Assembly: GCF_016433145.1 (NCBI RefSeq)
Contig: NC_058130.1
Span: 728,200,142 to 728,264,141, forward strand
DNA from: Gracilinanus agilis
Lineage: Eukaryota
DNA: 64,000 bases
Reading direction: 5' to 3'
Positions 38,340 to 52,021 of this stretch are shown here, in pieces; within the stretch, counting starts at the first letter, position 1, and each line of letters opens with the position of its first letter. A program made the position numbers and the translations under genes. The notes under the pieces were generated by a model that was given only the letters and a program-made list of their open reading frames with translations, made no database searches and was not told the DNA's origin.

Positions 38340-38525
38340 TTTTTAACCTTTACTTTCTGTCTTAGAATTGATACTAAATATTGGTTCTAAGGCAGAAGAG
38401 CAATAAGGGCTGGGCAACTGAGGTTAAGAGATTTGCCCAGGGTCCACAGCTAAGAAGTGTTTGAGGCAAGATTTGACCTCCTATCTCCAGGCCTGGCTCT
38501 CTCACCACTAAGCCACCTAAGTTCC
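38340..38525 (-). mobile_element. SINE1_Mdo-like
   Basis: ttaacctttactttctgtcttagaattgatact...ggttctaaggcagaagagc...ccactaagccacctaa. Confidence 0.85.
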
Positions 38526-38864
38526 CCAACACAACTCTTTTATCTCCGTCTTTATCTCAACCTCTTAGATTCCTTCCCTTCCTTAAATACATAGACCAAA
38601 AGAAACCTTCCCCAACTCCTTTTTAGAGGTTGGAGCCAGGGGAGATCCACAGGTGTGAAGTATTACATATACTTGTACTATCAGATTTTTCTGTGTATTG
38701 AATGGCCTTATTGAATTTTTTTTTCTTTTTCCTTTTCTGGAAAGCATTCTTATTATAAAGATTGGTTCTCTAGGAAGGGAAAAAAGGAATAATACAGAGG
38801 GACATCAAGGCTATGATAGCAAGTAAAATATACCAAAAAAAAATATTTTGGGTGAGTGGGTGGA

Positions 38865-39020
38865 TCAGCTAGGGAGCACAGTGTCAGGAGACAGGATGTC
38901 CTGGATTCAAATTTGTCCTCAGACACTTCCTAGCTGTGTGACCTTGGACAAGTCACTTAAACCCAGTTACCTAGCCTTTACCATTCTGCCTTAGAACTAA
39001 TACTTGTATCAATTCTAAGG
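38865..39020 (+). mobile_element. SINE1_Mdo-like
   Basis: cagctaggg...ggattcaaatttgtcctcagacacttcctagctgtgtgaccttggacaagtcacttaa. Confidence 0.85.
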
Positions 39021-39426
39021 TATTTTTTTAAATAAAAATCTTTTTTTTTAAAAAGACATGGCTAAAACCCAACCTACACATTGTTTTTCCTATTCCCCCC
39101 AATAACTACTTGCTCTCTCTGTCATGTATTTAACTAGCTTGTATATGTTTTATATATATTCTTCATTCAGCACAGTGACTAGCCTGTAATAAGAACTTAA
39201 TAAATGCTTGTTGACTGATTTGTTAACTATATATGTATGCATTCTTGCTCCCAGTAGAATTTAATTTCTTTGAGAGCAGGGATTGTTTTGCTTTTTATAG
39301 TCTTTGTGTTCTCAGGACCCAGCATAGTGCCTAGAACACAGTAGGCATTTAATAAATGCCTGATGATTGATTGAACAAATATTTATTAAGTTTCAGTAGC
39401 TGTGTGCCAGATAGAAATACAAAACA

Positions 39427-39606
39427 GGGGGCAGCTGGGTAGCTCAGTGGTTTGAGAGCCAAACCTAGAGACAGAAGGTCCTGGATTCAAATCTGGCCTC
39501 AGACACTTTCCAGTAGTATGACCCTGGGCAAGTGACTTGACCCCCATTGTCTAGCCCTTGCCACTCTTCTGCCTTGGAGCCAATACATAATATTGATTCC
39601 AAGGTA
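39427..39606 (+). mobile_element. SINE1_Mdo ending in a (GGAA)n tail
   Basis: gggggcagctgggtagctcagtggtttgagagcc...ggagccaatacataatattgattccaaggtaaggg. Confidence 0.93.
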
Positions 39607-39620
39607 AGGGAAGAAGGAAA

Positions 39621-40008
39621 GGAAGGAAGGAAGGAAGGAAGGAAGGAAGGAAGGAAGGAAGGAAGGNNNNNNNNNNNNNNNNNNNNNNNNNNNNNNNNNN
39701 NNNNNNNNNNNNNNNNNNNNNNNNNNNNNNNNNNNNNNNNNNNNNNNNNNNNNNNNNNNNNNNNNNNNNNNNNNNNNNNNNNNNNNNNNNNNNNNNNNNN
39801 NNNNNNNNNNNNNNNNNNNNNNNNNNNNNNNNNNNNNNNNNNNNNNNNNNNNNNNNNNNNNNNNNNNNNNNNNNNNNNNNNNNNNNNNNNNNNNNNNNNN
39901 NNNNNNNNNNNNNNNNNNNNNNNNNNNNNNNNNNNNNNNNNNNNNNNNNNNNNNNNNNNNNNNNNNNNNNNNNNNNNNNNNNNNNNNNNNNNNNNNNNNN
40001 NNNNNNNN

Positions 40009-40051
<43 letters not shown>

Positions 40052-40078
40052 GAAAGAAAGAAAGAGAAAGAAAGAAAG
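39621..40078. repeat. (GGAA)n, 342-N assembly gap (39667-40008), (GAAA)n
   Basis: read directly. Confidence 0.97.
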
Positions 40079-43000
40079 AGGATATATTCACAATAAAGGA
40101 GTTAACATATGTGAAGTGTTTTACAAATCTTAAAGCTCATGCTAGCTATTATTCTAGAGAATTACAGGAAAGAGGAGAACTTTAACAACTGAGAGAATCA
40201 GAAAAGGCCCAGGAAGAGGTGGTGCTTGAGCTGAGCCTTAATGGGAGGTAAAGATGGTGCAGACATGGAAGACTGCTTGCAAAAGGTACAGGGTGGAAGA
40301 TGCAGTGTTAAGGAAAAGAGAAAAGAATATCCTGCTATGGTTCCAAACTCTCCTGAGAATCTACCAGGTGTTGATTCATTTCCCTTTGTCTTGCAATCTT
40401 TGTTTAGATATCTAGACTAATTTAGATTATCATATATTCTTTTCTGTTATTAATATCTTCTCTAATGGTTTATCTCCTTGTATTCAGAACTTTATTTTTA
40501 GTTGTCATCCTTTTGAGATCTTTGGTCATTTCAGTCTTTTTTCCCTTCTAATCTTACTTTCTGACTCCTTCCCCTTTGATAGCAGTTCCCCCAGGAGCTG
40601 GGCCTCAAAGTAGTCTCTGTCTCCTTCCATGCTGGTCAATCCACATTTCATTGTCTCCACTGCAAGTGACTTCTGAGGGAATAGAATTAGCCATAGCTGG
40701 ATGCCAGTCCCCTTTGCTTTAGGCCTGGCTCAGTTCCTCAGTTTTCTGATTGAGCAGTGATGCAGCACAGAGTGCTGGTGGCAGGTAAAGGAGGAGAGGC
40801 TCCGTGATTAAGCTAGGGATTAGATATTAGCCTTCTCTGCTATTTGTTCATCAATTTATTGCTTCCTGAAGTTTCTTAGACCTTGGAGACAGCTAGAATT
40901 GCTTTATCTTGCTCAAAACACCTATTTTGGAGAAGTTTAAGGGGTCCAATGAGGATTGGAAAAAATATTAAATTCTCCATCTTATTGATCACATGACTCA
41001 GAAATCATCATCAGTTACCATTTATATCTAGCTGCATGACTGGACCACCTCCTTCTGGTAACACATTTCTCTGATAATATAATTTATGCTGCTTTTTCCA
41101 CCAAGTTCTTTGTTGGTAAGATATCCTTCCTACTCATATGCACTCTCTAGAATGTCCAACCCTGATTTTATGGAATACCTACTATGTACAATCAATTAAT
41201 CAAAAAACATTTAATAAGCTCTTATTAAGTGCTAAGGGTATGAAGACAAAGCCATCTCTCCCCTCAAGGAATTTGTATTTTAGCTGGGAAGACTGCATGC
41301 AGGTATATACTTCCATATACAGATCCAAAGTCTACTCAAATGGAAAGGCATAGGGTGAGGATCAGGAAAGGCCTCCTGCAGAAAGTAGATGAGTCTTGAA
41401 AGCAAATAGAGATTCTAAGAAGCAGCATTAAGGAGGGAGAGCCTTCTAAGCATAGTGGGAAATCAATGCAATAGGAGATGAGGAATAGTTAGTGTGGGAG
41501 GAGTTAAATAGACCAACATGGCTAGACTCTAGAGTACTAGAAATAAGTAATATGGAAGAAGACAAGGCAGGCAGGAAGGAGGCAAGTTATAAAGAGCAAA
41601 GCACTGTGCTGAACTCTAGAAATGAAGTCGGAATGAAAAATAATCCCTTCTCTCAATGAAGTATGTAACATATAAACAAGTCAAGGAGAGAGAGTTCACT
41701 AACAACCAAGGGGATCAGAAAATGCTTCCTATAGGAGATGACACATAAGCTGAGTTTCTTCATATACCTCTCATAATCTTTCACTATCCATCTGCATAAG
41801 ATTTTATTCTATTTACAAACCATATCTTCTCATTTTTATTCTTCTAAATTGTTATTGATTTTGATCTTTGCTTTTACAAGTCTATTCACAAATTACTCCA
41901 TCAGTAACCCAGTTATTTCTTGTGCATTAGAAATAATCACTATGATTTGGGGGGAGTATTATTCTGAGTTTGCCATTTTTAGCATCTCCTAATGTTCTGG
42001 GGGGGGGGGGGAAGGAGTTTTCATCAAAAATAAACAAATCAGAGGCATTTGGGTAGTTCAATGGTTTGAGAGGTGGGCCTTCATTTTTCCCTAGGCTACC
42101 CTCTGGACTTTCTCTGGACTTGCCCCCACACTGAAGGCCAGCTCCCTCTCACCTGTTTCAGATTCTTTTTACTTTGTTTTCCTCATTGGAATTTAAGTTC
42201 CCTGAAGGCAGACACTTTCTTTTCATTTGTATTTGTACTTAAAAAATGACTAAATGTGAGACTTTAACTAAGACTTAAAGGAAGTAAGGGAAGCCAGGAG
42301 AGAATCCCAGGCATAGAGGACAGCCATTGAAAAAGCCCAGAACAAGAGATAGTGTCTTGGAATAGCTACCAGAAAGTTTCACATCCTTCACATACTTCCC
42401 CTTATCTCCATCCACTTGGCCACCCTAGTTTGGGTCCTCATCCCTTCTTGCCTGGACTATTATAATAGCTAGCCTACTGCCCTCCTGGCTCCAGACTTTT
42501 CTTTCTCCAATCTATCATCCTCACCAATACTTCTAAAGTGCAAGTGTAAAGTGTCACTCCCTCTGCTCAAGAAGTTCTGGTGATTCCCTATTGCTTCTAA
42601 GATAAAACACAAACTACCAACATTTAAATCCCTCCATATTTGGCTACTGCCTACCTTTCCAAACTTAATGAACATCACTCTTCTTTGTGACCTCTACTTT
42701 CCAGCCAGACTTGCTTATTTGCTGTTCCTCATATCGATTGTCCCATTTCCTATCTTCATACATTTGCATCAACCTAGAATGTTTTCCTTTCTCCCCTTCA
42801 CTGAATCCCTGACTTCCTTCAAGGTGCAACTTAACTATCTCCTCAAAAAAGAAGTCATTTGGGGAGCCCCTATTACCTCATGCCCCTCAAAGTTAATTAA
42901 TTTGTCTTTTTAAATTTTATGTGTACACATTATTTCTCCCTAATAGAATACAAGCTCTTTGAAGGAAAGGATTGTTTTATTCCCCCAGGGCCTAGCAGTG

Positions 43001-44879
43001 TCTGTAGCAAAAAGTAGGGCCTTAATAAGTACTTATTGAATAAGTGATGGTGAAGTTATCTATACCCTGTTTTCATATGTGTACATACATTTAAGGCCAG
43101 GAATATCATTATTGTCCCTTATGATGGTCATTGTGACATTTCTATATCACAGTCCTTCTGGTGTCATATCTTCTACCTTCTGTGGCACTGTATCTACCCC
43201 TTTTCCCCTCTGCCTTCCTTTTTTACTTTAAAGCTCTTTTGATAAGATCCACAAGCTTTCCAGTAAATATATTCTTTCTAGCTTCATTAGATGAACTCTG
43301 TCCCTGGTCAAAAGCCTACCTGTCATTACTTTATCTGAAGCCATGATCCAGAAATCTCAATCCTTATCTTCAGTATCTTCCATGTAGCCAGCTGTTCATT
43401 TCTTATGAAAAGCAGCAGTTATTAATTATATAAGTTCCCTAGTGGCAAGACCTCTTTTTCATTTAATCTTTCTATTTCCAATACCTAGCACTGTGCTATT
43501 CAGATAGCAGGCACTTCATATAATGGATTGAATTGAAAGACCATGCCAAAGGCAGAATGGCAACTGAAGAAAGCATTAGATTTAATCTTTTAGGCTTCTT
43601 ACCTGCATGATCATGAAAGTTATGACCCCTGTAGATCTCAGTTTCCTTAAGATTCCTGCCCAGAATTTGGTAAACCCTAAAGAAGTTTTCTAGTTTCCTT
43701 TTGGAAGTATTATTTAACTCCTACATAAATCACCATCATCAGCTTTACCTGCAGGGGCAGGCAAATGACTTGCCCAGAACCACAGAGCAAGTTTTTCATA
43801 AAACCAGAACTCCAACCTAGACTTCCAGGCTACAGCTCATTCCACTGCTCCATGGCAGGCAGTCACAGCAATGAAAAGAACTTGCATTTTCTCACTCAAT
43901 ATTGTTTGTCCAGCCATAGAAATTAGATGTTGAGCTGTTGCAGGGGGGTTTTCCTTCCTTTTTTTTTAAGGGTTGGGAGGTTGCTGCACTTGGAGGAAAA
44001 AAATTCAATAGCTCATTCAACTGCAAGGCTACTAGCTCAGGAAGTTTTAAGAAAGACGGAGCCTGCTTTTGTCTTTCCCAGAGACAAGGCATCAATGCCA
44101 TCACCCTCCCAGCCTCTCTCTCTGTGCCAACAAAGCATGAGATAATCATTGTAGCTACCAAAAGGATGCACACTCACTTGCCAGATTTTCCCCCACTTCC
44201 TCTCTGAGCCCACCTTCCAATGGGGGTTGACTCACATTCAGGAACATTTTGCTCACAGGGCCCATTACTGCATGGAAATTCCTTCCCAGATCTTCTAGCA
44301 GCTGGGAGTTCATTGTCTACCTTAATTAGGAGATTTTAGAAGAGCAGGCTCTTCATAAAATCATCACAGTACTGGCATCTGCAATGAACATTTTACCTAG
44401 GGCAGACTCACTTTTCCATTATGTTGGCATAGAAGTTTTGTCCAAAAAGTTTGGTGGAATAGAAAGAATACTGACCTGGAAATTATTTCAGTGGTTGGAA
44501 GACAATTTATCTGGATTATAAATTAGACGCATAATTTGGGTTCCAGTTTTGGAATTTTATAATCCTAAAATTCAGAAGGTAGTTTTTAATCCCACTTCTG
44601 CCTCTAACTTACTCTTGAACAAGTTATATGATTTCTCTTATACTCAGTTTTCCCATTTGTAAAGTGAAAGGTCAACTAGATGATCTCTTGTGTCTCTCTT
44701 AATTCTGAAACACTATTCATTCTACAATCCTACCTTGATTAATTGGAATGCCTTGGGTAATGTGGTGTTCCTAGTTCCAGGAATCCCCTTTGAGTTTGAA
44801 ACCATTCTGTTACATAATTTATATTACTGTCCTTTGGAGGCAAGCATAGTATGGGAAATGTGATTGATGCAATTTTAAA

Positions 44880-45060
44880 AAACAACAACCTTACTTTCTC
44901 TCTTAGCAACAATTCCTAAGACAGAAGGATAAAGGCTAGGCAATTGGGGAAGTGACTTGCCCAGGATCACATAACTAAAAAGTATCTGAGGCTACATTTG
45001 AACCCAGGCCCTCCTGACTCTAGGCCTCACCCTCTATATACTGTGCTACCTAGATGCCCC
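44880..45060 (-). mobile_element. SINE1_Mdo-like
   Basis: ccttactttctctcttag...cctaagacagaaggataaaggctaggcaattgggg...ctagatgcccc. Confidence 0.85.
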
Positions 45061-46339
45061 AACTGAAGTATTTTGATGACAAGTGGTCTTATATTATTAC
45101 TTGCACAAGGCTATCGGTACAAAAGAAGGACAATATTTAGGTTGTCCCATGTTACCTCCCAGAAGCTGATATTTTGTTTTTTATTTGCCAAATTCTATTT
45201 GAGGTTTTTAAAATCTTCCTGATTAGACTAAAAGAAGCCTCTTTGGAGCAATAACCAGGTCTTTCTCATACCATATTCCCTGCTTTCCATAATACAGCCC
45301 CTTGCACATGATAGGTGCTTAGTAAACAAAAATGGAAAAGGAAATGCTTGTCAGCACTGTCAGGAAGGTTAGCAATAATGATAATGAGAGATCATACTTC
45401 TCAGATTATAAGCACTTTCCTCACAACAGCCCTGGGAAGGAGGTAGTACTAGTTGTATTATCCTCATTTAACAGATGAGGAGAGTAAGGATCATTGAGGA
45501 TCATTGGGGAGACTGTGACTTGCCTCCACCAGTGTCAGAGCTGAAAGGAGCCTTAGAACAGAGACCATCAGAACAAGAAAGGACTTCATTTTAGAGCTGG
45601 AGAAAATGAGACAAGGGAGGGATTCCCAGCAGTTCCTGCCCAAGTCTGTTCTCTTTGGCTCCTATAATAAGAAGACTATGTCTGGGCCACTGTCACTTAG
45701 TTCAGTTTCAGGGATTTGAGCAATGAAACTATTGCCTCAGCATCACAGCCTGCATAGTTCACATTCTTTTTTCTTTACGCACCCAGATCAGCCAACTTGC
45801 AGAAACATCCGTTGAAATTGCATTCTTTCTTTTCTTTTGGGGAAGAAAACAGTTCCAGCAGTTGCTCAGATGTCAGTTTATCTAGCAGTTTGGGAGTGGC
45901 TTGCTCCCAACTATGAGAAATATGCCAGGAATTCAGAGACCAGGGGGGATCACCAGCATTTTTGTTTTTTACTGTAATAATTTCCTGACTGGCTGGAAAT
46001 CACCCTTTTGGGTGGAGTTTGTACCTTGTGCCTAAACTGTAAGGAAGATTTGCCCTTACAAGCCTTTCTGGAGAAGGCCCCAAGGTACCATCCTGCAGTC
46101 AGACATGGCAAAACCTCTGTTTTTTCAGGTGAAACATGTCAAGGCAGGTTGGGTTTCTCTGGCTCCTCAGGATGCATACCTGGGAGGTGGCAGTTTCATG
46201 CTCCAATTTTGGTGCTGCCTTTTAAGGTTTAGATCACCAAAGGGCCAAGAGGTCTCCCTAGAACCCAGATTAAATGCATTTGAAAGGATGAAATTGATTC
46301 AACATAACACCAATTAGGAAAGGACAAGCAGCAAAATAG

Positions 46340-46660
46340 GTACCCACTGATTGGAGAATGACCAAAGTATAGTATGAGTGTGACCAATTACTAATTCCCC
46401 AAAAGTGATAACTGAAAATTTCAGAGAAACCTGAAAAGACATATATGAACTAATGAAGAGCGAAGTAAGCAGAATGAGAAAAAGTACATGAGTTGAGAAA
46501 ATGTATCTTCCCTCCCTTTTTTGTAGGACATCTCTGGGTGTGGAATATTGCATATGCTGCCAGACATGGTTGGTTTTGCTGAACTCCTTTTTTTCCTCCC
46601 TCATTGAATCTTTATTATGAGAGTTGTTTTTCTGAATAGTAGAGAAGGGAGAGATATTTG
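46340..46660 (+). mobile_element. Old marsupial L1 3' fragment
   Basis: cccactgattggagaatg...gacatatatgaactaatgaagagcgaagtaagcagaatgagaaa. Confidence 0.75.
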
Positions 46661-49249
46661 AGTAAAGCTCTCTGTGAGCCATTCAAAGTCCTTCCCCATC
46701 TGGCACCACCCGCCTACCTTTCCAACTGGGTATCTTTCACTGTACTTCTTCCCTCATGCAGCCAAATGCACCTAAATCCTCATGCTTCTGCTCTTTACTA
46801 ACATCATTCCCTATGTCTGGAATGTCTTCTCTCTCCTTCTTCCCTGCTGAATTCCTCCTCAGCCTTTAGAATTTACCTCCAATGCCATCTCCTTCAAAAA
46901 AATCTTCTCTGATTCCCCTAGCTATTAACCTTTCTCTCAAACTTTAATTAATACTTTGTTTTTCACCTCTCAAATGCGTTTTTCTGTTCTTGTGGATTCT
47001 CATAATCTGTTTTATGTTTCATTTCCCCAACTAGACTATGAGTTCCATGAAACCAGTTCTCTTAACTTTGTATCTCTTCCAGTTCCCATCCAGGGCTCTA
47101 CACATAGTAGACATGGAACATATTATTTCTCAAATGAATAGTGGTAATAATAACCTAACCTGGTGCCTTGTGACCAGTGTCTACTTAAGATGTATCACTG
47201 ACTGACTGACTGACCGACTGATTGATTGATGTTTCAGTTTGTATCCAAGTAATTGCACAGGATTACCAAAGCTGTACTTCTTTGTCCCAGAGTTCCTTCA
47301 AAGACTCTTGTAGTTGATAATATTTACATTTTACTAAATGATCTTTCAAGTTTATTCTGGCTTTTTAGAGTCACTCCATTGACCATATTTGCCCCCTGTT
47401 TGGTGACCCATAACCTGTCATGAATACATATAGATTCCAGTTACTAATGACATGTTGGATCAGTCACATTTAGAAGTAGAAGCTCCCTTGATGTATATCA
47501 GAGATCTGGGAATGTTCTGTTACCTCAAAAAACACCTGCTGCCACATCCTAGGGAAGCATTGGTGAACATCTTTGAAATCACATGCCCAAAATGCAACTT
47601 CAAGCTGCCTATGAGCTCCCTCACATTATCCTAGAGAGTGGAGGGAGGAAGTTCTCACATTGGGCCACTGGACAGAGGAGCAAGGCATGCAAAAAATGTC
47701 CTCAGGTACTGTAGAGAGGGGGAACTCCTTGCCACCCCAGTATCCATGCGAAGGCTCCACCAATATGGTCCTAAGGGATCTAGGGTATTACAGGAATTTG
47801 AGCAAGACAAAAAATATCCTTGAGATCTTTGAGCCCAATACCTTTATTCTTCAGAGAGGAAAACTGAGGCCTAGAGAGAAGCAATAATTTGCCTGAGGTC
47901 ATACAGGCAGCAGACGACAAACAGAAAACTGAACCAGAAAACCCCCAAGATCATAAGAGGATCTGAAGATGAAGCCTGTAGTCCTAAACTGGTTTACGTT
48001 ACACAGCAGACTCCAGTTCCTCAAGGAGAAGTGCACTTATAGAGTGGGCATGGAATTGGCCTAAGAGAGGAACTTTGAGCCCCAGCTCTGCTACTGACCA
48101 GCCAATAGTATGACCCTAGGCAAGTCACTTAACCTTTCTGAGCCTCAGTGTCCTCATTTTTAAAATGGGAATCAGAACATACTGCCTACCTCTCAGGGTC
48201 ATTGTGAGAAAAGAGCCTTGCAAGTACTCTAAATATAAGGGATTATTCTCAGGGATCATTACAGAGTTTATGCTCTTCTGACAAGTTCAGCATTTGATTT
48301 GGAGCTGGAGGTCTTACAATGAACTGGAAAAAAGCATTGGACTGAGAATTAGAAGAGTTGGGTTCTAATTTCAGCTCTCATTAGTTTGTGGTGAAATCTT
48401 TGGGCAAGTTATATCTCTCTGAGCTTCAGTTTTCAAATCTATAAAATCCAGGTTGGACTTCACTTCCTTCTGGCTGTGACATTGTGGGTCCTAAAAGCCT
48501 ACCTCTGATTTTTCATGTTCCAACATCCCTTCCAGCTCTGGTTTTTTACATTCTAAAATCCCTTCCAACATGGATATTTGGTGTTCTATGGTTCTATGAG
48601 GACTTTAAGAACTTTAAAGCACAATGGATTATGATTACTATTATTACCGATAGACATAATCCCACTAAAAGTGGCAGGTTGGATGAAAGCTGCCTTAATC
48701 AAACCATTCATCTCTTAACTTTTTATCTTTCTTGTCTACTATATGCCAATATTTTGATTTTGCACCTAGTAGCAAAAAAATGTGGAGATGTAGGTTTAAG
48801 CTCCATAGGTGACTCAATATTAAAACAGGCCATTATTAAAATGCTAGAGAGGTAGGTGGACTGGAAATGAGTAGAGCAGATTCTCTACAAAGGTCGAAGT
48901 TCATGAGATCCACCTGGAAGTCACAACACCCTAATGATTCGAGAGATTTTGTTAATTCAACAAGGGATATTTAAAGAATCTTACCAGGGACTTCAAAAGA
49001 TTCCTAGAATGTTGCACTTTTAGCCAAAAATCCCTCTGAGCAGCAGGAGATATCCCACTTGCTGTAGATTAGTGACTTGACTTATTATTGGATCTAATCC
49101 AGTTGAGGAACGTAGTAGAAATGCAATAGTGAGAGCAAGAGAAAGTCTTGGCCCAGTGTCTCCTTTCCATAAATGCCAACCATGTAGGCCTTGGATTATG
49201 GATATAAGCATTAAAATAACCAAGCTGGGTGGGAATTTTTGAAAAAAGA

Positions 49250-49790
49250 ATGCCAATGTCCCTTGATTGGAGAATGGCTGAACAAATTGTGGTATGTGAT
49301 GGTAATGGAATACTATTATGCTATGAAGAATGATGAACTGCTTAATTTCCATAAAAACTGGGAAAACCTCCATGAACTGATGTGGAATGAAACGAGCAGA
49401 ACCAGGAAAACATTGTATACAGTAACTGAAACATTATGGGATGATCAAATGTAATAGACAGACTGCTACTAATAGCAATGCAGGGATCCAGGACAATCCT
49501 GAGGGAATTATGGAAAGAATGCTATCTACATCAAGAGAGAACTGTGGGAGTAGAAACACAGAAGAAAAACAGATGATTTATCACTTGTTTATATGGGTAT
49601 AGGATCTGGGGTTTGGGTTTTAAAAGACTTACAAAAATTAATACTATGGAAATACATATTAAGTGATAAAACATTATAACCCATTGGAATTGCTTGTCAG
49701 CTCTGGGAGCAGGGAGAGAAAAGGGGAGGGAGAGAACATGAATCATGTAACCTTGGAAAAATACTTAAAAATACATTTTAAAAAGAAAAA
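49250..49790 (+). mobile_element. L1 3' end
   Basis: ORF 49239-49454 reads CPLIGEWLNKLWYVMVMEYYYAMKNDE = L1 ORF2p C-terminus; 3'UTR and A tail follow. Confidence 0.93.
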
Positions 49791-50049
49791 AAATGTCAAA
49801 ACTGAAAGAGTTCTTAGGACATATAATGTCAGAGCTAGAAAGAATCTTAGAATGTAGAATCTGGACTATCAGAGCCAGAAGCACCCTTGGAACGCAAAAT
49901 ATTAAAACCAAATCAAGCCTTAGAAATCATCTAATCCATCATTTCCTAAAGTCTTATCTCCCAGGCCTGCTATTTTGCATTATGTGAATGGAAGTTTATA
50001 GGAAAATATGATATAAGCAATTTTTGTACCTCTTAATGATTCAGTTAGG

Positions 50050-50450
50050 ACAATAGGACAGTTTATAATTAATCCATACCTTTTGATGATGTGTAAATTT
50101 TGTCCATGTCATCCTTTTAGTCTTCCATAAAGTATGTACCCAATTCATTAGAGGCCTTCTTCTGATTCTTTTCTTATTATAAGGTTACTTATAGATGTAA
50201 TACTGGAGCTATCTCTCTCTCTTGCTATATGGCCACCTCACCTGCTTTTTTAGTCATACATGTCTTTGATAATGTTTTTATACCACTTTTCCAGTATAAA
50301 TCACTATTCACAATTTACTACAGCCTATTTTCAGCCACCATGCATCATTCCATTGCCCTTTGAGTCACCTGTGGTTGTTATTGTTCAGAGATCATAATGT
50401 TCCATAATTTGTAGCCACATTACATTAGAGGGAGAATACTGATGTTGAAG
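50050..50450 (-). mobile_element. RTE LINE 3' fragment
   Basis: minus strand gtgactcaaagggcaatggaa (VTQRAME) ... atcaaagacatgtatgac. Confidence 0.75.
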
Positions 50451-50459
50451 AGAAGGGCT

Positions 50460-50625
50460 TTTGTGGCTGCCTCTAAAATATTAAAAGTGAGGCCTGGACC
50501 AAATTAAAATACAATTGGGAAATGTTTAACAGAAAAAATAAAAATACAGTATGACATAGTATGATTTTCTAAGTCAGTTTGAAGCCCACAAGAACGTGTT
50601 TCTATTCAATTTTGACACCACTGAT
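50460..50625. mobile_element. Partial hAT-type non-autonomous DNA transposon
   Basis: ends ttctattcaattttgacaccactg, a hAT-like TIR; left end not found. Confidence 0.55.
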
Positions 50626-50959
50626 ACAGGCCAATCAACAAGGGATATTTTTACAGATAAGGAACCTGAGGACCAAAGGAAAGTGACTTATATGAGGTCA
50701 TATGGAAGCTTGTGGCAAAGGAATGATCAGAACTCAGATTGATCTGTTTTCCAATTAACAAAAAGAAGGCCCAAATTTCTACCAAATGGTTTTCTGCCAT
50801 GCAAAGATACTAAAACAATCCGATTAATGAGCCTCAAAGGCTGACTTCTTTCAGTAGTTCATCCATCCCCATGTTTTCAGAGAGGTGGCACCACAGTCTT
50901 TCCAGAGAATAGGCCATTCTGTTTTTATAGATATGAAAGGAAGGAGATTTCATAACTGC

Positions 50960-51120
50960 TCTGGGGAAACCGGTTCCAGCAGAACACCTGCTGCGTGATT
51001 GAAGTTCAGGTCACCTCGTGCCTTTCTTCCTGGGTGTGCTTTGGCTTCTCCTGCAGCTCTGTTTAAATTAAACAAACAACACATCCCTGGCTGTGCCCAA
51101 CTTGCCCCCCCCCCAAAAAA
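50960..51120. promoter_or_regulatory. Candidate epithelial enhancer
   Basis: AACCGGTT (GRHL) 50968-50975, CACCTG 50985-50990, AGTTCAGGTCA 51003-51013, TAAACAAACA (FOX) 51069-51078; motif matches only. Confidence 0.3.
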
Positions 51121-52021
51121 ATGCAACTATTAACCTTAACGGCCCCAGGATACTTGGGAAACAACAGTTGTACAGTCATTAACAGATGCCTCACCTGAGG
51201 AGCCATCAAACGAGAAGGGCCAAAGAGACAAAAGAACATAGTTTTCTGATTTGTAAAATGGGAATAATAATAGCCCCTCTCCACAGAGAGATCTCAAGGA
51301 TCCATTGGAGTATTATATGTAAAGCATTTGCTAAACCTTAAAGTTTTGTAGCAATTTAAGTTCGTGTTGTTATTGAGCATAAAATGGCAGAGCCCAGGGC
51401 TTGAGAGACCATCTTGGCCAGCTCCTTCATCTTGCAGAGGAAAAAATGTGGGGATTTAACAGATGAGCAGCAGACCAGGACCAGAAGAATCAAGGGTACC
51501 TGACTCAGCCCAGTCCACTCTTCAGTTCAGCCCAATAAATGCCAATTAATTCAATTCAGTATGATTAGGCAAATCATTGTCATCTACCTACTATGTGCCA
51601 GACAAAAGTAAAAGAGTCCCTGCCCTTAAGGAACTTGAAGAGATAAGAGGGCAGAGAATGGCATATCCATAAATAAATGAATACAAAATAAACACAAAGT
51701 TATTAAAGGGGGTGAAACTCAAGCTGGGTCTTGGAGGACACTAAAGAATCCAAGAGGTAGAAGTTAAGAGGGAGACTAGACATGGTCTGTCAAAGGCATG
51801 GAAGCTGGATATAGTGGGGCATATATAGGGAATTATAGCCAGTGGGCCAGTTTGGCAGAAACAAAGGTGAAGAGTAATGGGAAACCAGTCTGAAAAGATG
51901 AGTTATGAAGAACTTCAAGCACTAGGCAGATGCATTTATACTTCAGCATAAGGGCAACGAGGAAACACCAAAGCTTTTTAAGCAAGAGATTGACACCTTT
52001 ATTTTAAGAATATCCCATTGG

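Noticed and set aside
39465-40185. Longest ORFs in the track (208 and 212 aa)
   Set aside because: Artefacts of the N gap and the GGAA/GAAA microsatellites.
48480-48600. Short imperfect tandem repeats (tcccttcca.../ttctatg)
   Set aside because: Typical repetitive 3' tails of MIR3/CORE-SINEs; not CRISPR or a novel array.
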